Assembly (NCBI GenBank): GCA_964453605.1
Contig: CAYVOI010000001.1
Coordinates: 740,095-804,094 of the forward strand
DNA: 64,000 nt
Direction: 5' to 3'
Source: an uncultured Gammaproteobacteria bacterium
GTDB taxonomy: Bacteria > Patescibacteriota > Patescibacteriia > Veblenbacterales > UBA10138
Translations under genes and position numbers: made by a program
Notes under the pieces: generated by a model
The model's database searches: none
Told to the model about the DNA's origin: nothing
What the model saw: only the letters and a program-made list of their open reading frames with translations
Part shown: positions 59,001 through 64,000 of the stretch, piece by piece
Position numbering within the stretch: the stretch's first letter is position 1
How the letters are laid out: each line of letters opens with the position of its first letter

Positions 59001-59942
59001 GGTATTAGATTAGACGATAAAGCTACTAGCTACACTGAACAACGCAAATACATTGGGCAAGAGTATGACGCTGACACAGGCCTCAACTACCTCAATGCGA
59101 GGTACTACAACGGAACGACGGGCAGATTCCTAAGTGAGGACCCGATGTTTTGGGATAACAAGCAGGATGTTTCTAATCCTCAGGGCCTGAATTCATATTC
59201 GTATTCCAATGACAATCCAATAATCTATAATGATCCCACTGGCAATAGAGCTGAAATTGTTATTAAAAATCTATATCCTATCTTAGGAGCCCATGGTTTT
59301 GTTAATATAATTCCAGATAAAGGAGAGGACTTAAGTCAATACGGTAGCACGGATCACTTTACTATAGGGGGCTATTCTAATGGAAAGCCAACTGGTGCAC
59401 CACTTACCGCACAGATTAATAATCCTGGTGACCTGAATGTTTCCCCATCTCGTATCTTAGCAACATATCCACTTACTGTTCCTGAAGGAATGACGTCAAC
59501 TCAATATGACCAAGCCTTACTTAACGCTGGAACCGCTTTGACAAAACAAAACTTGGGAACTTATACATTTACTGGACGACCAATTAGTAGTAATGCAAAT
59601 TCTGGTAACACCTGGACTCAGGTTGTCTTAGATGCAGGGGGAGCCGTGCCAAATATTCCAAACGTCTACTATGGAGCCGGAATTTTAGGACCCAAAACTC
59701 CTTATTTCCCGTTGGGTTCGGGGCATTCTCTCAACACCTTATCCTACAGTCAGCGAACAGGCCAAAGCACAAGGTATGCTGCTAATCAGATTGTAAATAA
59801 CGCAATCTCTGCAGCTCAAGCCACGAGCACTACTGCTCAATATGTTGGCAATGCTATTGGCCATGCTGTAAACACAGTTTCATCGTCAGTATTGAATCTC
59901 AATTCTTTACTATTACACTCTTTAATAGAGTATGGGCACTAA
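53001..59942 (+). CDS. RHS/YD-repeat polymorphic toxin, TcB/TcC-like fusion: SpvB-like N-terminal domain, FG-GAP-like repeats, RHS shell, RHS core, C-terminal toxin domain
   Basis: Signal peptide. SpvB-type motif VVGYGWSLSVPYIERL. Many YTYD/YxYDxxGNL YD repeats. Canonical RHS core ...RYYNGTTGRFLSEDP...NDPTGN. GC falls sharply after the core (about 59.1 to 59.94 kb). Confidence 0.9.
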   Translation: MQHSPFTPTQLVFSRKLTALLLAFLFLLPPLAPVLAASADQVAGDSSSSTTKVVPLAAPSDATPTATTTPSTTTDSGTSAAAVTPPASPTDTASASPTDQTSTKSPTTNSTTAPATSSTSTSDSTSTPQSAAPIAKATLPQADPATGALVYSYPFTLPPGRSGLQPDLKLQYNSQQLDDQNVVGYGWSLSVPYIERLNKHGSDKIYTSTDFSSSLSGELVNVSGNQYAAKVESGDFLSYTYDGASWQVKDKRGTLYLFGQSTLSRQNDTTGTQTYRWLLSQVVDTNNNSVTYEYLKDSGQMYPSKVSYTGQGADLGIFSVNLTYETRPDAATSYRSGFQVITAKRLSLVEAKVSGTLVHRWSLNYTSGANGQRSLLNSITETGFDSTGVATSLPPMQFTYSTASTTNPIWQADPSWQVPTDVNFSRYGSQNNWRRVDINGDGLTDFVQAQGITNYNTGVTTYVQKTYLNTGTGWVTSNAWQLPLAAMQAWGRTYLIDLNGDSKLDLFIGRQPPIVDAQSQNQIFMNTGSGWQPSSWVVSSDPILPGIGDTSGDENRNSYGWVLLDVNGDSLPDLIEALRASDGTSTITRRALINTGNGWVEDATNFQTPPDIDLGIYNPSAGGSQVVTIDLNNDGLVDLFDFDKRVAFINTGKGWQQTTAFAIPVDPGLLAYYKACNPQATSTGTQGLRLIDVNNDGIADLERSGQYEITNCPSPTYQSLYRGSATDWLGPPGNAQLPADVLFYANEQQPEQKVFAFKFVDIDGDGSVDILTALTKPLTSETLREVRRYQGAKPDVLSRITYPTGGSTSVTYKASDQYKDQNGNLLNPNLPQNLQTVASLATSDGAGLTQNVSYTYAGGLYAYQSATDRKFAGFAKVTSTDSAGTTTTTFYHQGNSTNSAQGEYNDTFAKIGHSYRTEVGDSAGNLVNASITKWDSVDLGQGRSFVKPTQTLNFTYDGNTTHRDTAVTTTYDDTNGNVTQVTQWGEVQATDSGTFTDVGNDKLVTTTTYATGSGYGVTGLPASQVTNDQASTKVKEARLYYDTLALGSVGKGNITKQEQWVAGTTYVNTQKTYNPYGLVTQELDPRGKASTYVYDSYNLYPSTVTNALNQTTQYQYDYSAGKPTQVTDANGYVYQTVYDGLDRVVGEKQPDLTTPATLVSKTAYVYTDTPGSVSVKKTSYLDSATGVDAYTYFDGLGRPVQTRTEAETAGQFNAADTVYDARGLTQKQSLPYASSGSAKTAPTGASELYTTFTYDATGRPLTAVNSIGTTTSAYDDWKTTVTDARGNTTSRTQDAYGNLSYVTEPGGGTTTYTYNDAGNLTGMADAAGNVRSFTYDGLGQRLTAQDLHAPADTTFGAWAYTYDAAGNLTQKLDPKGQTINYTYDDLNRPLTEDYTGAPGTEVAYTYDACQNGKGRLCSVASAALTTTEQYDALRNTAREIKTINSSAYQTDYTYDRAGNMLTITNPDSSKVQYTYNTSGQLESVSRKEAADAGFASVVTNFDYGPTGSIVTQANANGTTTTNTYDAAKLYRLARKLTVNSGGTKLQDINYTYDAVGNITQTVNASQTNAAKTTVYTYDALNRLLTTTATGAANGQNYSQNFTYDAIGNMLTGPAGTYTYAGTGYANPHAVTSLGSATYSYDQNGNLVSDGVKTYTWDYANRLVRVDRPGPTPAPVTTTFYPAAGDGSASYQGASSWATTHDAATGTAATPTATTTNVSSGRGSGGKYQIERSFLPFDTSALPDNATITGARLKVFVASKLNDDNDNYDFVTVVQGLEPSTLSLTTADYSLAGTINTPAESVDAAERKDITSVATGAYLTFNVNNTGLGLVSKTGPTKLALREGHDVLNIPFAPSVATQTQAASSIKLAAVTGGGGSTSGYNQLQIRTSEYTGTTTDPILEVTYQLPAPIVSSTYAYDASGQRVTVTSGGVTTVYPSKTYNTDGTKKTKHIFAGDTMAATIETTGTTTTPHFIATDNLSGSNVVTSSTGTQEELTDYYPFGGIRLDDKATSYTEQRKYIGQEYDADTGLNYLNARYYNGTTGRFLSEDPMFWDNKQDVSNPQGLNSYSYSNDNPIIYNDPTGNRAEIVIKNLYPILGAHGFVNIIPDKGEDLSQYGSTDHFTIGGYSNGKPTGAPLTAQINNPGDLNVSPSRILATYPLTVPEGMTSTQYDQALLNAGTALTKQNLGTYTFTGRPISSNANSGNTWTQVVLDAGGAVPNIPNVYYGAGILGPKTPYFPLGSGHSLNTLSYSQRTGQSTRYAANQIVNNAISAAQATSTTAQYVGNAIGHAVNTVSSSVLNLNSLLLHSLIEYGH

Positions 59943-60288
59943 AAATACATCGATTTTTTTAATTCGTTCATCAAATAATGTTTTTCTAGGGGCCCTGATT
60001 CTAGTACTAACAATTATTGCTAGTTCAATAGTTTTTAATTCTATTCTTGAATTAGTGGGATCTCTGGTCAATAAAAATGGGTATGTGTACGAAACATTCT
60101 ATTACTTTAGTCCCATAATATTACCTACTATTATTTCAAGCTACTTATTTAAAGAAAATAAAAAAAGTTTAGCGTTTATAGCTATCGTTGGCGGTGTGTT
60201 GTATTACCTATGGTTATGGTTTGGTTTACTTTGGATGTCAGCCGAGGCCCAATCCCCAATTTTCTATGGCCTAATTCGGCCATATTAA
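59932..60288 (+). CDS. Putative cognate immunity protein (small polytopic membrane protein)
   Basis: 118-aa ORF that overlaps the Rhs stop. Very AT-rich. Three or four TM helices. Confidence 0.5.
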   Translation: MGTKNTSIFLIRSSNNVFLGALILVLTIIASSIVFNSILELVGSLVNKNGYVYETFYYFSPIILPTIISSYLFKENKKSLAFIAIVGGVLYYLWLWFGLLWMSAEAQSPIFYGLIRPY

Positions 60289-60372
60289 AATAGACTCCCA
60301 AGAGGTAGTATTCTCTAATTCGCGCGAATAGGCGAATAGTACAACAAGCTAGAACAAGCAGAACGCAAAGCA

Positions 60373-60894
60373 ATGTCGCTGGATTTTTTTGAAGAGTTCA
60401 TAACCTACCTCAAACCTGAGCAGCGGGTGCTGGATTTGGGCGCGGGGAAGGGCGAGCAAGCACTGCGTATGGCAGAACTCGGCTGCCAGGTTGTAGCGGT
60501 TGATAGAAACCCCGGTACACTCACCCACCCCAACATAACCTGGCGCATACAGACGATTGGGGACTGGGTGCAAAACTCTGGCGACGCAAAATTTGACGCG
60601 GTGCTAATGAAAAACGTACTGCAGTTCATAACTCGAGACTGGGTCACCACGACTCTGTTCCCCACGCTCATGCCACTACTCAACCCTGGTGCGGTAATCG
60701 GTATAGAAACGTTTTACCAACCACCCGAGCCGCCATTCGCGATTTCCTCCTGTTGGACAGCTGACGAGCTAGTAACACTCCTAAATAATTTCTGTGCTAT
60801 CCTGCAAAAACAACAAACGGAAAAAATTGGACCAGACTTAAGAGGTACGACGCGCCATTTTTACCTCACCCAAATTCTGGCGCAGAAGTCCTAG
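60373..60894 (+). CDS. Class I SAM-dependent methyltransferase
   Basis: Motif I VLDLGAGKGEQAL and a post-I acidic residue (VDRN). Confidence 0.65.
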   Translation: MSLDFFEEFITYLKPEQRVLDLGAGKGEQALRMAELGCQVVAVDRNPGTLTHPNITWRIQTIGDWVQNSGDAKFDAVLMKNVLQFITRDWVTTTLFPTLMPLLNPGAVIGIETFYQPPEPPFAISSCWTADELVTLLNNFCAILQKQQTEKIGPDLRGTTRHFYLTQILAQKS

Positions 60895-61029
60895 GCTAAG
60901 GTAGTTGGCGCCATAAAAACCTCATATTTTGACTTTAAATTAAAGCTATCCACAGGCTACTGGGAATTTTATTCCGCTGGGTTAAGGCCTAGGTTAGCCC
61001 TGTTTGCTAGAGATATGCACAAAAGGGCT

Positions 61030-61058
61030 TGACAAAATGAATTTTTCGGCCTATACTA
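61030..61058 (+). promoter_or_regulatory. Sigma70-like promoter: TTGACA, 17-nt spacer, TATACT
   Basis: Near-consensus hexamers. About 300 nt upstream of the CDS at 61362. Confidence 0.4.
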
Positions 61059-61361
61059 CATTGTTAAAAACAAAAAAGCCGGAGTATACTTACCTTGTCA
61101 AAAACATAAAACTTGAGGGCACTCAAGCCTTGGAGAAACAGACAGTCAGAAGCACGGCGGCTTGGGGAACCTATTAGCCACAGTGTGCGAGTTTGTATTC
61201 CAAAAACGTACCTAAAGTTTAGGCTAGAGGGTATTAAAAATGAGCATGAGGCTTGGCCTCGTGGTTTTACCCGGTAAAGGTAATGGCTACCCCATTGCCT
61301 GACAGGGTAAAAAAAGAAAAAATCACACATTCTCTCCCTCAAGGGAGAAAGGAGTTCAAAA

Positions 61362-63089
61362 ATGAAAAGCTTAACAATTACACATATCGCGATTGCGGCA
61401 GTGGCTGCAATCTTCTTCACCGCTGTGCCGACCCAGGCGCAGTTTTCCACCGACACCCTGAATGGATGGTACTCCCGCGGCTCCGTAGGCCCGGCTGTTA
61501 TTGATACCACCTGGACTAGGCTCAGCAGCAACCGGGTGCAGGGCCGGTCTTCTCAGGAGTTCTACTTCAGCTTCAAATCGATGCCAGCCTTCACTTCCAA
61601 TTACATCATCTGGGAAAAAGATTTCGGGCAGTCCCTTACCAGGCCTGATACCATCAGGTACTGGTATTCCCACGAATCAGGGGGGGGTGGACTTGAATTT
61701 TGGCTGGTTGATGAAGCCAGTGGTGAAGCCCAACCTTATGGCAATGATAATCACTTGAACACACCACCTGCAGGTGAGAACGGCTGGTTCGACGTGTCGC
61801 TCCATGGCAACGGGCCCAACTTACCGGCAACGTTCCGAAGGCTGCAGGTGCGTGGGTTCGGGCTTAGCTTCAATGGCCAAGGGTACGCCTTCGGCATTCT
61901 GCTCGACAGCATGCAGCTGGTATACCAAAATGGTCCGGTGTACCAATCGCTTGATATGTTCGAGGTGCCGCCGCGCCTTACGCTCAGTACCAGTAGCCTT
62001 AACTTTGGCCACGCCGTACTGGGCTGCTCCCCAAGCCTTAGCTTGGTGGCTAAGCGGGACGACGCTAGCCCCCTCACGCTTAGTGCCACAGTAACGTCCA
62101 CCAACCCCGCCTTTGTGGTGGCGCCTACTGAGTTCACGCTGCCAACCAGCAACGACAGCGTGAGCCTGAGTGTAACCTTTGTGACACCTGACACCGGCAG
62201 CTTTAGCGGCAGCTTGATTTTTACCCACGACGGGTCCAATTCACCGGACACGGTCGCGGTTGCCAGCTACGGCGACAGCTTGCCCGCCGGCACGGTGCTG
62301 GTGGACCCGCACTTTAGTGCGGGGTGGCAAATGGTGTCAGAACCGGGCAAAGCTTCCGAGGCGGCTTGCCCACCGAACTTGTACCCCCTGTTTACGTTCC
62401 AGGGCCAGTACAAGCTCACCAACCAGATGGTGCCTGGCATGGGCTACTGGCACAAGGTAAGCCAGCCCGCGCCACGGTTTGTGGTGGAGCCGGCCTACGT
62501 GGAAACCGTGCAAGTTTCCATGCGTTGGAACATTGTGGGGAGTGTGTCAGTGCCCATTGCGGTAACTGACATTGTCACTGAACCCCCGGGCCTCAAGAGC
62601 TCGGTGTTCTACGGCTACAGCGGCGGTGCCTACATAATTGTGGACACGCTGCAGCCTGGGCACGCCTACTGGCTCAAGGTTAAGGGAGCGGGGCAGCTTA
62701 TCTACACCCACGGAGCTGCCAATGCCCTAGCCACCGCCCGTTTGCAGGTGGAGTACAGCGACGGCGAACCGCCGCCCCCACCCCCAGGTGGGTACAGTGC
62801 TCCGACACCACGTCCTGTGGTGCCCACGGAGTTTACCCTTGAGCAGAACTACCCCAACCCGTTTAACCCTACGACCACAATTGAGTATGCATTAGTGGAG
62901 GCAGGCTACGTACACCTCGCGGTGTACAACGTGCTGGGGCAGGAAGTGGCCACGCTGGTAAAGGAGGTGCAGAACGCTGGTACGTACACCGTACCGTTTG
63001 ATGGTAGTAATCTACCGAGCGGCATGTACTTCTACAGGCTCCAGGCCGGAGCCTATCGTAACACAAAAACTATGTTGCTCCTTAAATAA
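61362..63089 (+). CDS. Secreted protein with a type A T9SS C-terminal sorting domain (Por_Secre_tail)
   Basis: Signal peptide [28 protein letters not shown]-terminus [16 protein letters not shown]...[15 protein letters not shown]...[11 protein letters not shown]...KTMLLLK matches the CTD consensus closely. Confidence 0.8.
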   Translation: MKSLTITHIAIAAVAAIFFTAVPTQAQFSTDTLNGWYSRGSVGPAVIDTTWTRLSSNRVQGRSSQEFYFSFKSMPAFTSNYIIWEKDFGQSLTRPDTIRYWYSHESGGGGLEFWLVDEASGEAQPYGNDNHLNTPPAGENGWFDVSLHGNGPNLPATFRRLQVRGFGLSFNGQGYAFGILLDSMQLVYQNGPVYQSLDMFEVPPRLTLSTSSLNFGHAVLGCSPSLSLVAKRDDASPLTLSATVTSTNPAFVVAPTEFTLPTSNDSVSLSVTFVTPDTGSFSGSLIFTHDGSNSPDTVAVASYGDSLPAGTVLVDPHFSAGWQMVSEPGKASEAACPPNLYPLFTFQGQYKLTNQMVPGMGYWHKVSQPAPRFVVEPAYVETVQVSMRWNIVGSVSVPIAVTDIVTEPPGLKSSVFYGYSGGAYIIVDTLQPGHAYWLKVKGAGQLIYTHGAANALATARLQVEYSDGEPPPPPPGGYSAPTPRPVVPTEFTLEQNYPNPFNPTTTIEYALVEAGYVHLAVYNVLGQEVATLVKEVQNAGTYTVPFDGSNLPSGMYFYRLQAGAYRNTKTMLLLK

Positions 63090-63111
63090 GGGCATCGTTC
63101 CACGAACCAAA

Positions 63112-63147
63112 CCGGCATGAGTTTCAACCCTCATGCCGGCTTTTTTA
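63112..63147 (+). terminator. Rho-independent terminator
   Basis: ccggcatgag-N9-tcatgccgg followed by CTTTTTTAT. Confidence 0.7.
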
Positions 63148-63275
63148 TCCGCCTTTGCATAAGACCGTGGGCGGCCTACTCCGCCGAAGTGGCTTCGGCT
63201 ACGAAGGCTGGATAAGCCCGTGGAGGCTTCATTCCCTGGTTTAGGCTGGCAGCTTACCTAGACTGCGCTGTACGT

Positions 63276-64000
63276 TTACAACTGAGCACATTGAACTGCC
63301 CCACCATACACTGCAACCACATAATACCCACTAGGGCACTTACCGCCTGCACCAGAAGTGGGGCACGGAACGACAGGATTACCGTTAGGATCATAACACG
63401 TTGATTCGCCATTAGTGCCCCATTTATTACCAGTCGCTATAATTTCACCGCCGACCTTGAGGGTGCCGGCTGGGGTAGGTGGGCCGCTGCGGTAGATGTT
63501 ATCGTAGGACTGCCCGGCAAAGTACTGCGCCGACGAGCCCGACACGTACCCAGCCACGGCGTAGGCAAAGCTGTTGGTACCGGGTGCATAGCGGTTCCAG
63601 ACCCAGGCCTGGCCCTGAGCAGTGCGCTCGCCAATCAAAATAAACTTACCGGTGCTATCAGCACCGCTCAAGAGCGCGTGGGTGGCGCCCCCACCTAGCC
63701 AGCCGTCGGTAAACACCACACCCGGGGTTGCATTAATATTGTTGTAATCTTTATTGGCATCGTTCGCGACTAATATTTGGTTAGCGGTCATGGTATAAGC
63801 ACTGCCATCAAATTTTACAAAATAAACCCGCTTAGTAGTGCCCGTGTTAATGTCGTCGTGACCCCAAACCATGATGCAGGCATCGCAGGTCGTGGTAAAA
63901 CTGCTATCAATCGCTACCCCCGTGGGGGTAATGCTGGCACCAGAGGGCCACAGAGCAAAGCCATTCCAAGTCGTGGCTGTTGGGGTGTCCAGCTCGGTCA
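63276..64000 (-). CDS. Hypothetical secreted G/T/S-rich protein; the CDS extends past the window end
   Basis: The reading frame stays open upstream of the first ATG through to the window end. C-terminal Cys pairs. Confidence 0.45.
   Translation of the reverse strand, partial: TELDTPTATTWNGFALWPSGASITPTGVAIDSSFTTTCDACIMVWGHDDINTGTTKRVYFVKFDGSAYTMTANQILVANDANKDYNNINATPGVVFTDGWLGGGATHALLSGADSTGKFILIGERTAQGQAWVWNRYAPGTNSFAYAVAGYVSGSSAQYFAGQSYDNIYRSGPPTPAGTLKVGGEIIATGNKWGTNGESTCYDPNGNPVVPCPTSGAGGKCPSGYYVVAVYGGAVQCAQL

Noticed and set aside
61064-61531. 155-aa minus-strand ORF in the AT-rich region upstream of the T9SS cargo gene
   Set aside because: It overlaps the promoter and the start of the well-supported plus-strand gene. 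Low-complexity translation, no RBS.

Overview
The window is high-GC (about 60%) bacterial chromosome. The minus strand carries a housekeeping backbone: glyQS (partial), an ECF sigma factor with a putative anti-sigma factor, a membrane-anchored Clp ATPase, recO, ileS, argS, rplT-rpmI-infC, smpB plus tmRNA, lgt, three DsbA-like genes with trxB, gatA-gatC and ligA. A long type IV pilus locus runs from about 34.3 to 50.7 kb (minor pilins, pilD, two GT-C-like membrane proteins, two identical tandem pilA copies, pilC, a degenerate pilT-like gene, pilB, pilO/N/M). A 2313-aa TcB/TcC-like RHS-repeat toxin has a low-GC C-terminal toxin domain followed by a small AT-rich membrane protein that is probably its immunity gene. 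A secreted protein carrying a canonical T9SS C-terminal sorting domain suggests a diderm, FCB-affiliated lineage. The most striking pattern is repeated four times. A low-GC gene sits next to an essential gene whose terminus is duplicated beside it: the ileS 5' end with its promoter, the ssrA 3' end, tRNA-Asp fragments, and the ligA 3' coding end. This looks like repeated gene-end-targeting insertion by some mobile element, with no integrase visible. All calls come from reading the sequence and the ORF translations. No database search was possible.
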